IMG/VR virus record: IMGVR_UViG_3300028886_000059
Location: 52,415 to 116,414 of that record
Direction: 5' to 3' (one strand)
From: a virus
Lineage: Duplodnaviria > Caudoviricetes
Length of the DNA: 64,000 bases
This document shows, in pieces, positions 38,457 through 48,371 of this stretch (position 1 is its first letter; each line of letters starts with the position of its first letter). The notes under the pieces were generated by a model. That model did not search any database. It was not told where the DNA came from and saw nothing but the letters and a program-made list of their open reading frames with translations. Made by a program: the position numbers and the translations under genes.

Positions 38457-38672
38457 TTAGTCGTTGTTGATTATACACATCAGCCCAAGCGGGGCATTCT
38501 TCGTGATAGAATATCGCTTGTGGCCTATCTTTCCATTGATTTCAGATGCTTTCGCCCTGAATGACTTCACGTTGACTTTCGACAGGTCGAACTCCCGAAT
38601 GTCACCAGCCTGAACACCACGAATGGTTTTCTCAAGAAAGCCGTTGCGATAGGTTTTTCTTCTTTTCTTCAT
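38457..38672 (-). CDS. Small basic hypothetical protein
   Basis: Operon packing. Confidence 0.6.
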   Translation of the reverse strand: MKKRRKTYRNGFLEKTIRGVQAGDIREFDLSKVNVKSFRAKASEINGKIGHKRYSITKNAPLGLMCIINND

Positions 38673-38688
38673 CTTCTTTTCCTTTTAG

Positions 38689-38759
38689 TTGGAGAAACGG
38701 GAGTCGAACCCATACAAACAGACCCAAATTCTGTTGTGCTACCATTACACCATTCTCCA
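38689..38759 (-). tRNA. tRNA-Gln(TTG)
   Basis: TGGAGAA acceptor, ACAGA-ATTTGGG-TCTGT, GGGTTCGACTCCC. Confidence 0.9.
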
Positions 38760-38979
38760 GTATGACGGCCTTTTGAGCCGCCCACCTTGAACACCGCCAT
38801 GTCGTCACCGTCAACAGCCGCAGGATTTAAGCGGCCATCCACCCACATGTTACCCTTTCCGATTTTTTGGGGATTGCGCAGATACTCTCACATGCTTTAG
38901 GCTCGCTTTCGGTATAGGTCGCGCCCCTTAACGCTTCCAAATGTACTCGCTTGTGGTGCGTGTTCTGATACAAGACTTG

Positions 38980-39051
38980 TAGCCACAGGCAGAATCGAAC
39001 TGCCCTTCCAAGGTTGAAAACCTTGTGTCCTAACCGATAGACGATGCGGCC
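38980..39051 (-). tRNA. tRNA-Glu(TTC)
   Basis: GGCCGCA acceptor, CAAGG-TTTTCAA-CCTTG, GGCAG-TTCGATT-CTGCC. Confidence 0.92.
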
Positions 39052-39311
39052 AGCAGCCCGTATTTGAAGGTGCGGGCAACCTTATATTTTATATATAATG
39101 TGATACGTTCATCCGAAAATAGGATGTTCCAGCCATTATACTTACGTTCTTTTCAAATAACAGATGCCATTGCTGGCATCCCATCAGTCGAAGCGGCTTA
39201 TTTTGTTCACCGCTCCCGATGACCTGATTTCAACGCCAAAAGATGCTTCAATGCAGCCATTGCCGCGACACCTCTCCGTTTACTTTCAGGATTAGCCTTT
39301 ATTGTTCCACT

Positions 39312-39324
39312 ATGTCAAAGAACT
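39312..39324 (-). promoter_or_regulatory. boxA-like antitermination element
   Basis: AGTTCTTTGACAT resembles rrn boxA (GCTCTTTAACA); preceded by a TCGCC/GGCGA hairpin. Confidence 0.55.
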
Positions 39325-39365
39325 CCGTTTGCCTGTTCGCCGTTGCTGGCGAGACTGGCTACGCA

Positions 39366-39710
39366 TCAGAACCGATTCCTAAAGAACCAGCCATTTGCCA
39401 GTGACGGGGATTTTTCAAAATCACATCGGGGGTCTTCGGCCTCCTCGTAATCAACCTCCCACCAGTCGGGCAACTGCGATGCTATCTTCTCCTCCAGCAA
39501 TGGCGACTGATGCTCGTTAAGAGTTCCGTCAGCGTCATAGTGGTAGATAATGACTTCTTTTTCTGTCGGTGACATCGAGACTTCAATCTCCGTGTGACCA
39601 AATTCACGCAGGGTAATACGTGCGGTTTTTTCACCAGCGGCCTTGTTGTCTGCCACCGAAACCTTCACGGCCTCCTTCACCTTATTTATAATAATGCTTA
39701 AATTCTTCAT
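39366..39710 (-). CDS. Hypothetical protein, first gene of the leftward early operon
   Basis: Start MKNLSII after promoter at 39783. Confidence 0.65.
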   Translation of the reverse strand: MKNLSIIINKVKEAVKVSVADNKAAGEKTARITLREFGHTEIEVSMSPTEKEVIIYHYDADGTLNEHQSPLLEEKIASQLPDWWEVDYEEAEDPRCDFEKSPSLANGWFFRNRF

Positions 39711-39782
39711 TTTTTCAGCTTCTTTTTTGCCAGTCTGCAAAATATTCACTATATTTGCAGATGTATTAACGATTTCTGTTTG

Positions 39783-39834
39783 CAAAGATAGTGCTTATTT
39801 TCAGAACTACCAAGAAAAAGTCTGATTATTTGCA
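39783..39834 (-). promoter_or_regulatory. Early promoter with tandem operator boxes
   Basis: TATCTTTG; boxes at 39792 and 39823. Confidence 0.7.
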
Positions 39835-40129
39835 GAATGTTTGTATTTCTTAACGAGGTGAAACGGTTTTTAAGAAATTAAATAACTTTATTTGCCAACG
39901 TTTTGAGAAAGTTGCAAAGTTTAATATCTTAAAATGCACAGTATTTCGTTGATGGCGGTCTTTGATATTCTGACCCTGCTCAGACGGCCTTTCTGATTTA
40001 AGGTGATGATTTGCCGCTTTTCGGCGTTTTTTCACGTTCTATACGGTTTTCTGTCTGCTCACGCGCATACTGGAGAGCGCGGGTGCGCTATAATTGAGTG
40101 CTTTCTTTATGGGTGCGGTTTTGAATACA

Positions 40130-40925
40130 TCAGGCATACTGTCTCTCCCTTCGGATTAAGTCACAGGAATATTTGTAGATGTTGGTACGCTGGCACAGGA
40201 TTTTGCCGCCCTTGCGGAAGAAATAGCCTCCAAAGCCGATTTCTTTCATGTATAGCGGTGCAAGAGAGCAGAAGTTCGCTGGATTGATGCCAGTCTCTTC
40301 AAGCTGTTCATCCTTTCGGAGTACGCCGTTTGCCAAAAGTGCGCCCATCAGCTTACGCTCGGAATACCGCTTCGTGTTCGTCAGTTGCATGATGCGGCCA
40401 TTGCTCAGGCCACGTCGGAATGATTGGGATGGGAGCATACTTGATGTTCTACGGTACATCCGTTTCAGACGGCCATACGGGATGCGTCGGCCATCTTCAT
40501 CAAAGCCCGTAGTCAGTGCTTTATAAGTATTCCCGCAATCGTTCTGTTTCTTGACGTGGTTCAGGACAATGGAAGCACGGATGCCTCTGATTACATCGGA
40601 GATACGCATAGGGCATTCGCCATTCGTGGGAACGTCGAAGCTGAATCGGCATGTATAGTCACCAGCGGCCTTTACAGGACATGCGACAATGGATTTGCCA
40701 TCACGCCTTATATAGCCGCCGTCAAGGGCATTCTTCAACACGCGGGCGGTCTTAGCACTGCCCATGTGGAAGATGCGCATAAGGTTTCTGTTTGTGGGGT
40801 TGTTGACGCGAGATGAACGAAAGGCCATCTTCACCATCACGGCAAAGGCCAAGCCCTCCAGCCGTTCTTTGGAACGTACTGCGAAGGATGCCTCGCTGAT
40901 TGATATGTAGATAGACCTCTTCATA
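40130..40925 (-). CDS. Basic hypothetical DNA-binding protein
   Basis: Start MKRSIYI; has its own promoter. Confidence 0.65.
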
Positions 40926-41033
40926 TAAAAGGGAATCCCCGAATCGTGCTTGCACCACGAAACGGGGATTGGAAATATGTTAGTAACATAAATCGTTGCG
41001 CCAGTCATCAATGTGCAAGATTGATTTCGGGTG

Positions 41034-41082
41034 CAAAGATAGTGATTATTTTCAGAACCGCAAAACATTCTGATTATTTTCA
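41034..41082. promoter_or_regulatory. Promoter/operator region divergent from the repressor
   Basis: TATCTTTG (-); TGATTATTTTCA twice. Confidence 0.7.
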
Positions 41083-41102
41083 CCTAAATTAACTCTTGCA
41101 CT

Positions 41103-42047
41103 ATGGATATAGATGACAGGATTGAAGAATTTGTGAATCACCTCCACATCGGCAAGCGTGATTTTGAAATTGCAGTTGGCATTGCCAGCGGAACTCTAAG
41201 CAAAAAGACCAAAAACGGGGTCAGAAGCGACACACTAAGACGAATCAAGGAGAAATACCCGCAGCTTAACCTGAACTGGATAGTGGCGGGCGAAGGAATG
41301 ATGCTGAACGGACATATCGAAGTGCCGCCAGTAGTCACAGACGGTATCAAGGAGCGTTTGTTCGCATTCTTGGAACACGAAGGCATCGGCCAAACCGAAT
41401 TTGAGAAGAAATGCGGGATGGGGCAGGGCTTCGCCAGCAGGATTACGGATAACGTCAGGGAGGATTCACTCAAGAAGATTTCGCGGGCGTTTCCGCATCT
41501 GCGCATGTACTGGCTTCGCACGGGCGACGGTGACATGCTGCTGACAGAGGAGGAGATTGCACGGAACAGCCAGCCAGCAGCCGAGACGGCCACGCCTGAA
41601 AACGTCGTGTACGTGCCTTTGGTAAGCCAGTATGCCTATGGCGGCTATGTCGCTGGGTACTCCAGCATGGAATATCTCAGCCGCCTTGCCGTCAGGCCAT
41701 TTGTCGTTGACAACGAATCCAAGCACAGCAACTACATGGCCTTTGAAGTTCGGAATGACAGCATGGATGACGGGCTGCGCCACGCATACGCGCAGGGCGA
41801 CATCATCCTGTGCAGGGAGGTTGACAGGGCGTATTACATGGAAAGGCTGCTTGACTATGACCGCAGCGACTTCGTGATAGTCCACAATGACGGAATACTC
41901 GTCAAGCGGATAATCGCGCATGACGTGATGAACCATAAAATCACAGTCCACTCGTTCAATCCCATTTTTGATGATTTGGTCATCGACCTTGCAGATGTCA
42001 GGCAGATATTCTCCGTGATTCTGAAACAGCAGCAATGCAGACGATAG
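41103..42047 (+). CDS. CI/LexA-like repressor: two HTH domains plus S24 peptidase
   Basis: Two repeats ending W...G.G.ML; FEVRNDSM (Ser) and LVKR (Lys). Confidence 0.88.
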   Translation: MDIDDRIEEFVNHLHIGKRDFEIAVGIASGTLSKKTKNGVRSDTLRRIKEKYPQLNLNWIVAGEGMMLNGHIEVPPVVTDGIKERLFAFLEHEGIGQTEFEKKCGMGQGFASRITDNVREDSLKKISRAFPHLRMYWLRTGDGDMLLTEEEIARNSQPAAETATPENVVYVPLVSQYAYGGYVAGYSSMEYLSRLAVRPFVVDNESKHSNYMAFEVRNDSMDDGLRHAYAQGDIILCREVDRAYYMERLLDYDRSDFVIVHNDGILVKRIIAHDVMNHKITVHSFNPIFDDLVIDLADVRQIFSVILKQQQCRR

Positions 42048-42370
42048 ACCTGTTCATCCTCGTGGAATGGATGGCCGAGCAGGTGAACAGTGACAGGCTG
42101 GCCGTTCCGAAGTCCTTTCTTGCACAAGGGGCTTGGTCTGCCATCGCTGGAGGTCACACCTTTGATTTCTCGTTCACAGACACCGTAATGACGGCCACAG
42201 CCGACGGCAAGGAAACGGAGCGGTACTTATACCGTCTCGACGGCCAAACGCTGACAGCGGCAACAGGGATGGGCGAAGTGACAATGCAGGTCTATATGGC
42301 CGACATCGACACCCCTAACCTTATCATCGACGGCATCATTTTCCACCAAAATTCGCCCGAATGTCACTAA
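42035..42370 (+). CDS. Hypothetical protein in the lysogeny module
   Basis: Overlaps the repressor stop. Confidence 0.55.
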   Translation: MQTIDLFILVEWMAEQVNSDRLAVPKSFLAQGAWSAIAGGHTFDFSFTDTVMTATADGKETERYLYRLDGQTLTAATGMGEVTMQVYMADIDTPNLIIDGIIFHQNSPECH

Positions 42371-42670
42371 TTCACCGCAAACGATGAAAACAGCAGCATG
42401 TAAAACATCGGTAAACACAGGCGATTCCAGCGGTTTTGCCATTCAGATTGTGGTTCTGAATGTCCTCGGTTCGAGTCCGAGCGGGCACCCAAACGTTGGA
42501 AAGGTCTCAAAAATTGCTAAATACCAGTGTTTATCGGCTTTACGCGATATACCGCCATAGCTGAATCACTGATGAAGAAATGCAATTTTTGAGGCTTTTT
42601 TGTTTGCAAATTCACCGCAAATTCACCGCAAATCAGCCTCAATTCGGAAAATTCACCGCAAATTCACCGC
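42368..42670 (+). repeat. Integrase arm-type direct repeats AAATTCACCGC
   Basis: Copies at 42368 (1 mismatch), 42608, 42619, 42649, 42660, flanking the core. Confidence 0.8.
42440..42490 (+). mobile_element. attP core: 3' part of tRNA-His(GTG)
   Basis: TCAGA-TTGTGGT-TCTGA arm, CTCGG-TTCGAGT-CCGAG, CGGGCACC; no 5' half. Confidence 0.85.
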
Positions 42671-42687
42671 AAAAAATTTATCGAATT

Positions 42688-43974
42688 ATGGCAACATTAA
42701 AAGTAGAACTTGGCAATCAAGCGAAAGACGGTAGCCGCAAACTTTACATCATCCTTTCACACGCCTGCACCCGCAGACGCATCCCGACAACTATATCTGT
42801 CGAAGGAAAGGAAGTGTCTGCCAAAACTGGCAGAATCATATCGTCACAGAAGCAGCACCTCATTGATGACTTGGTGGCAGAATACAAAAACAGGATTTAT
42901 CAGCTTGACTTGGAACTGACTGGCGCACGGGTGGATGCCGATTACATATACCAGCGCATCACGTCATCGAAGCCGAAGAATGATGAATACGATTTCTTCC
43001 AGTTCACGGAAGAATGGCTCAAAGGTAAGGGCAAAGAGAAAAAGAACTATGCCACGATGCTGAACTCTGTGGAAAAGTACCTTGGGCGGCGCAAGCTGTC
43101 ATTCAAGGATATTGACTACATGTTTCTAAAGGGATATTCTGACTACATGAGCCAGTATCAACGGGCGCAGTCGCACTATCTTGGACTAATTAGACACATC
43201 CACAACCTTGCACGGAAAACATACAACACAGACGGACAAACGGTAATACCTTCAACTGCCATCGAGAACTTCGATTTTCCACGTCAGCAGTTGAAGGGCG
43301 GCAGGGCTATGGATATTGACATCCTTCTGCGTGTGTTCCGCTACCAGCCTATAGGCCGACGCGATACGCTTGCCCGTGACTGTGCCATCCTTTCCTTCTG
43401 TTTCATGGGCATGAACTCCGTGGATATGTTCAATGCCACATCGTTCAAGCGGGGTGTGCTGGCCTACAACCGAACCAAGACCGAAGGGCGGCGTTCCGAC
43501 AATGCCTATATCGAGGTCAAGATGTATGACCGTATCAAAGATTTGATGCACAAATATTCTGATGATACCCGCGTTTTCAGCTTTCACAAGCGATTCTCGA
43601 CACCTGCCAGTTTCAACAGAGCACTGAACATTGGACTAAAGACCATCATGGATGCCATCAATGCTGAAATTTCGCTGGAGAACAGGAAGCGGAAGCCAAA
43701 GGACAGGACAAAGATGCTTGATACCTTGCAATTCTACCAGTTTAGGCACACATGGGCTACTGTAGCAAGAAACAATGTCGGAATAGACAAGTACACCGTT
43801 CACGAATGTTTGAACCATATCGACGCTGATACACGAATTGATGATGTCTATATCAAGAAAGATTTCGGAATCGTCAATGCCGCCAATGCAAAGGTACTGG
43901 ATTATGTGTTTGGTCTGCTGGATGAACAAGAGCAACAAGAGAACAACAAGAAAGCAACAAGGTTAAACGTCTGA
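42688..43974 (+). CDS. int: Tyrosine integrase
   Basis: Arm-binding N-terminus, SAM-like domain, YQFRHTWAT, LNH, DVY. Confidence 0.92.
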   Translation: MATLKVELGNQAKDGSRKLYIILSHACTRRRIPTTISVEGKEVSAKTGRIISSQKQHLIDDLVAEYKNRIYQLDLELTGARVDADYIYQRITSSKPKNDEYDFFQFTEEWLKGKGKEKKNYATMLNSVEKYLGRRKLSFKDIDYMFLKGYSDYMSQYQRAQSHYLGLIRHIHNLARKTYNTDGQTVIPSTAIENFDFPRQQLKGGRAMDIDILLRVFRYQPIGRRDTLARDCAILSFCFMGMNSVDMFNATSFKRGVLAYNRTKTEGRRSDNAYIEVKMYDRIKDLMHKYSDDTRVFSFHKRFSTPASFNRALNIGLKTIMDAINAEISLENRKRKPKDRTKMLDTLQFYQFRHTWATVARNNVGIDKYTVHECLNHIDADTRIDDVYIKKDFGIVNAANAKVLDYVFGLLDEQEQQENNKKATRLNV

Positions 43975-44039
43975 TAATTAGAAAGTTCCTATCTTCGCAG
44001 ATTAACAAACAACAAGAGGCTAACAAATGCACAACAAGA

Positions 44040-44065
44040 AAGGGCGGTCAAATGGCCGTCCTTTT
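44040..44065 (+). terminator. Intrinsic terminator after int
   Basis: AAGGGCGGTC-AAAT-GGCCGTCCTT-TT. Confidence 0.7.
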
Positions 44066-44100
44066 CCTTTCTTTCAAAAACTGGCAGAAAGAAGAAAGGC

Positions 44101-44535
44101 TTACTTGATTACCAGTAAGCCTCTTGCTTCACGTTCCGAATATCCTATCTTCATGGCTTCATCACGAATCATGTACGACTTCTTTTGCAGAAACTCCTTC
44201 AATTTGATAAGGTTCTGTTCCATCGCCTCCCGTGGTGTGCCGTAAATCATCAGGTAGTTCCAGTGGTCTGCGCCATAGCTGAATGGCAGTCTGTGACCAG
44301 TGATGTAATAGTGAACGTGGTACTTTCCATCAATGTCCGACTTCGTGACCTCTATCTTCTTAATCTTTCGCGGCGTGACCTTCTCGATTTCATCCAGCCC
44401 CCACAGACACGGGATATAGACGGTATCGCCGACGTTGAAGCGCGGCACTGGCTTGATAGTTGCCAAGTCAATGACATCAGCATTCAGCGCAAGTTCCAGT
44501 TGGTGCGCCCTAATCTTTGCCTCTATTCTTTTCAT
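44101..44535 (-). CDS. Hypothetical protein
   Basis: Operon packing. Confidence 0.7.
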   Translation of the reverse strand: MKRIEAKIRAHQLELALNADVIDLATIKPVPRFNVGDTVYIPCLWGLDEIEKVTPRKIKKIEVTKSDIDGKYHVHYYITGHRLPFSYGADHWNYLMIYGTPREAMEQNLIKLKEFLQKKSYMIRDEAMKIGYSEREARGLLVIK

Positions 44536-44842
44536 ACTCCTCGATTGCCTGTTTGCCTACATTGGTAATGCAATACCCTGTATTCGTTCCGCTGAAAGCA
44601 CGGCTATACCATTTCACCAGCCCCCTCTTTGCCATCTTGCCAAGCAGCGACCCAGCACAGAGCCATGCCTTTTTACCAGCACATGCACCATTGCCGCCGT
44701 TGCTGACAGCTTCAAACAGATACCGCTTTTCTTCATCTTCACCCCACAATGCAAGGGCGAAGCTATTAGCGGGCATCGGGCGTGAAAAGGTGGTTTTCTC
44801 CAGTACCTTCAATGCCTTATAGGTTTTTTCCGTAACCATCAT
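44510..44842 (-). CDS. Winged-helix-like hypothetical
   Basis: KRGLVK...YCITNVGKQAI. Confidence 0.65.
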   Translation of the reverse strand: MMVTEKTYKALKVLEKTTFSRPMPANSFALALWGEDEEKRYLFEAVSNGGNGACAGKKAWLCAGSLLGKMAKRGLVKWYSRAFSGTNTGYCITNVGKQAIEEYEKNRGKD

Positions 44843-45228
44843 CTACTTTTTGTTTTATTCGCTTCATCATAAGTCCGTATAGGTTCTACACTCTTGATTT
44901 CTGTTTGAAACCCGTATGACAGCATCCTAATCCCACACATAACAATTCTGTTTCCAATACCATCACTAAACACATAACGTTTTGTCATTACTATCGAAGC
45001 GACAATATTTATAGGCTGGATTTTAATGCCAAAATACCTTTGATTCCGATATACACATTCAACCAAATCCTGAAATGTTCTGTGGCTCTTATGAAAATAC
45101 ATCCTACGAATTATATCAAGATGAATCCAGTTATTAAAGCCAAACGTTTTATGAAGCTGAAATGTCGCCACAATAAATTTATGGCATTCAGTTTCCGCTA
45201 TGTTATTGTATGGCTTGAATACACTCAT
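44839..45228 (-). CDS. Hypothetical protein
   Basis: Start uncertain. Confidence 0.45.
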   Translation of the reverse strand: MSVFKPYNNIAETECHKFIVATFQLHKTFGFNNWIHLDIIRRMYFHKSHRTFQDLVECVYRNQRYFGIKIQPINIVASIVMTKRYVFSDGIGNRIVMCGIRMLSYGFQTEIKSVEPIRTYDEANKTKSR

Positions 45229-45395
45229 ATCATAACGTCTTGACACAACGCAGGGCGAAATCCAGTGCTTCAATCTGATGCTGGCACTTCGCGGCTTTGT
45301 CATACAACTTCAACTTTTCAGCATCCTGCATTTCCGCATTCAGCTTTTCGACCTTCTCCTCGATGGTCTGAATAATCAACTTTCTATCTTCCATA

Positions 45396-45599
45396 TCAAC
45401 CTAATATTTTATTGTGAATTTTCTCTTGCAGTTCAATATGAATATCCTGCAATCCTGTTTCAAAATACTGCGCTTCCGCTGTTGGAGAAAATATGCCCTT
45501 CAATGACAGACAATGAAGATAATGACATTTCTCCAGCATCTCCAGTTGTTTTGCCGTGAACTTTTTACGCTTCACGTCTTTTAATTTCATCTTTGCCAT
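45396..45599 (-). CDS. Hypothetical protein
   Basis: Operon packing. Confidence 0.6.
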   Translation of the reverse strand: MAKMKLKDVKRKKFTAKQLEMLEKCHYLHCLSLKGIFSPTAEAQYFETGLQDIHIELQEKIHNKILG

Positions 45600-45726
45600 A
45601 TTACTTATAATTTACCATTCGTTTAACCGTGAATAATAATCTTTCTAACACATCTATTTTGTCATCGCTTTCTTGAACATCGTCAATAATAGCAATCAAT
45701 TCTTCGCGTTCTTTCTTCGTCATGGC

Positions 45727-45969
45727 CTATTCCTCCATCGCTTTACGAAAATCATCAAACATATAGTCAATGTCACGTCCTTTTACAAGATAGTCATTTA
45801 TATGGCTTTCCAGCCATTCGCAAGCATCATCTATTACTTTCTTGTTTGACCATTCCACGATTCTTACGGCCACGCCAGTAGTTACCTCATAGTCGGATAA
45901 AAGTTCATGCCCTATTTCGGTCATCAACTCTTCCGCCTTTTTCCGTACTTCTTCTTGTTTAATCATCAT
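45727..45969 (-). CDS. Hypothetical protein
   Basis: Operon packing. Confidence 0.65.
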   Translation of the reverse strand: MMIKQEEVRKKAEELMTEIGHELLSDYEVTTGVAVRIVEWSNKKVIDDACEWLESHINDYLVKGRDIDYMFDDFRKAMEE

Positions 45970-45973
45970 ATTG

Positions 45974-47842
45974 TTACTTGAAATATTTGTTTCTGAATGC
46001 CTGCGAAAACAGTGTGCGCTCTACCAGCGTATAGGTCTCTTTCTCCTTTGCCGTGATAGGCCGCTTCCACTTCAACCTGTTCTTTATCGTATCAATGGCC
46101 ACACGCACAATCGACTCAGCTGTTATGCCGTCTTTCGGCTGTAAGCCCTTTGCCATCATCTGACCCACGAACATCTTTATATATTCGTTTTCAGCCTCCA
46201 GTTCTTTCAGGTACATGGTCTTGAACTCCTTCAACAAACGCACAAATCTGTAATACTTTGACCTGTGCAGGCGCGAATTGAGGTAGTACTCAACATCTTC
46301 AATCTTCATGTCATCGTAATTCAGAATGCCGTCGTTGTCAAGGGCGACCCGAATTGAAACGCGATTCTTCCGCTTGCTATCTTCCCAATAACCGCGTACC
46401 TCATTCGTTGGCATGTATTTAATCAAGAAATCGTAATTATCCCAATAGCCTTTACGCAAACCATCATCCAGTTTCTCCAGTGTGTAGATTCCGCTGGTTG
46501 GCAGTTCAGGAGCAGACCATTTGTTTGTGTAGTATTTCACGAAATCATGCTCATCATTAAAATGGTAGCCGCGTTCCGTGCTATACTTCGCTACTATAAG
46601 CAACACGCGCTTACCTTCGCAAAGCTGGCTGTTCATAGACTTCATCCATTCTTCGATAGACGGCCTACCATCACCAAGTGCTCTGCTGGCATCCAGTTCA
46701 TACCGAAGCTGAATTTGTTCGTCTGTGAATCCTTCCATCTTGATAAGGCTACCTGTAACTGTGTGCGGCGAAAACACATCGGAGCGTTCTACCAATCCCT
46801 GCATCAAGAAAGCCACCTGCGTATATTGCTTGCGAAAACTTTCTGATTCAAGTGTTCCGCTGACATGGGTGTACTGCTTCTCCTTTTCAAGAATCTTTAG
46901 GTATTCTTCTTTGTTCGGGTACATCCTATCAAACAGATAGATATGTTCAGAATCTATCTTATAGAGGTTCTCACCGTTCCGAATCAGAAATACCGTATGA
47001 TGGTTTGGTATATTCATTATCCTGTTTGTCATCGCACCGCCAATGCTGCCATCTTCTGCATACTTCTTATCCGTCCGACGCGGCTTTACTGCCACCATAG
47101 ACTTCTCATCAGGCATGAACTCCTTGAAACGGTCATTCTGCAACAGCCATTCGTCGAACTTGTCAACCTTCTGCCAGTCGAAATCATCATCTATCAATGC
47201 CAGTTCCTCGTCCATAAAGATTACGGCCTGCCTGAATACTATCGGAGTGGTTTCGGGTGCTGGTTCGCCAGCGTGTAACTGTTCCACGCTTTCCTTGATG
47301 CCCGCATAGGTCTCGATGGTCTGAATGACATAATCCAGCCTTTTGACCTCACGCCCCATCTTTTCTATCATATCACGCATAGGCCGAAGCCGTGCCTCCA
47401 GTTCCCGTGTTTTCCGCTGAATCATTATATCAGCATACTTTCGGGTCTTTTCGGCCACGATTGCAGCCCTGTTGATATTCTCACGCAGAATCATCAAAGT
47501 GTCTTTACTGCCAAGCGACATCAAAGCCGTATCGCTGCTTTCCGTAAACTCTTCAAAGGTTTCTCCGTTCAGCAGTCTTTCGGCCATCTGCTTAATCTTT
47601 TCGACATCAACACCCAGCACACTGTAATAATGCAGGTTGTCTTTTCCGATTCTGTAATCCTTCTTGAAGGTGTTATCTATCACCTCCAGCGTTTCAGGGT
47701 TCACAGTGTCAACGACTACGCTCCCATCATCATTGACGGCCTTAATCCTGTAGATGTCATCACGGTCGTACAGGTAGCATCCGACCTTCAACTCTTCATT
47801 GACGGCCAGCTGCAAATCCGCTTTCTTGATGATTCCGTTCAT
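45974..47842 (-). CDS. Large hypothetical coiled-coil protein (622 aa)
   Basis: Long ORF; no motif recognised. Confidence 0.8.
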   Translation of the reverse strand: MNGIIKKADLQLAVNEELKVGCYLYDRDDIYRIKAVNDDGSVVVDTVNPETLEVIDNTFKKDYRIGKDNLHYYSVLGVDVEKIKQMAERLLNGETFEEFTESSDTALMSLGSKDTLMILRENINRAAIVAEKTRKYADIMIQRKTRELEARLRPMRDMIEKMGREVKRLDYVIQTIETYAGIKESVEQLHAGEPAPETTPIVFRQAVIFMDEELALIDDDFDWQKVDKFDEWLLQNDRFKEFMPDEKSMVAVKPRRTDKKYAEDGSIGGAMTNRIMNIPNHHTVFLIRNGENLYKIDSEHIYLFDRMYPNKEEYLKILEKEKQYTHVSGTLESESFRKQYTQVAFLMQGLVERSDVFSPHTVTGSLIKMEGFTDEQIQLRYELDASRALGDGRPSIEEWMKSMNSQLCEGKRVLLIVAKYSTERGYHFNDEHDFVKYYTNKWSAPELPTSGIYTLEKLDDGLRKGYWDNYDFLIKYMPTNEVRGYWEDSKRKNRVSIRVALDNDGILNYDDMKIEDVEYYLNSRLHRSKYYRFVRLLKEFKTMYLKELEAENEYIKMFVGQMMAKGLQPKDGITAESIVRVAIDTIKNRLKWKRPITAKEKETYTLVERTLFSQAFRNKYFK

Positions 47843-48117
47843 ATTCTAAATGGTTTTGAATGATTCTTATTTATACTTTTCTGCATACCAGTCCATCGCC
47901 ATGTCATCAAAATGGCCGACGCTGGCATCTTTGGATTCGTCACCGTATTTCGCGGCGACTTCCGCTCTTGATGAAATGTACTCGACCTTTTCACCGTCTT
48001 TTCTTTCAAACCGCATCTCATACCGCTCATCGTGTTCACAATAGCGTGACATGCTTTTCAAATCGTGCTCTATGGTGAAGAGCAAAAACTTCTTGTCTTC
48101 CATTTTTCCGTTTTTTA

Positions 48118-48360
48118 TTATAAGACCTTTTTTAATTTGTTCAGTGCCTCGTCGCGTGTCTTGCCCCAACAGGCGGGATTCACATTGCCGTCATTGTCGA
48201 TGATTTCAGCAGCAAGATACCAAAAATCATATTCCCATTCGCTGTATTCCTTCTTGGCTTCACGAATCGTTTCAAACTCATCCACAATATCCTGCGTGCC
48301 TTTGTTGCACACTGCAATACTGATACAGATGGTATTACCTTTATACTTAACTTCCTTCAT
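48118..48360 (-). CDS. Hypothetical protein
   Basis: Operon packing. Confidence 0.65.
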   Translation of the reverse strand: MKEVKYKGNTICISIAVCNKGTQDIVDEFETIREAKKEYSEWEYDFWYLAAEIIDNDGNVNPACWGKTRDEALNKLKKVL

Positions 48361-48371
48361 TTTCGTATGCT

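Noticed and set aside
42440-42490. Functional tRNA-His gene
   Set aside because: The 5' acceptor strand and D-arm are absent.
42608-42670. Short direct repeats as a CRISPR array
   Set aside because: 11-bp tandem units without spacers, flanking an att core; they fit integrase arm sites.
42580-42687. N-terminal extension of the integrase in the ORF track
   Set aside because: It translates the arm repeats; ATG 42688 is the plausible start. Similar over-extensions occur at 19906, 26495, 39785, 41083 and 61894.
46111-46121. GCTGAGTCG, similar to the GTC-start motif
   Set aside because: It lies inside the 622-aa ORF as Ala-Glu-Ser codons and lacks the AG ending.
47843-47858. AAAACCATTTAGAA before the 622-aa gene
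   Set aside because: Only the first box of the leader is present, so it is not counted as a full copy.
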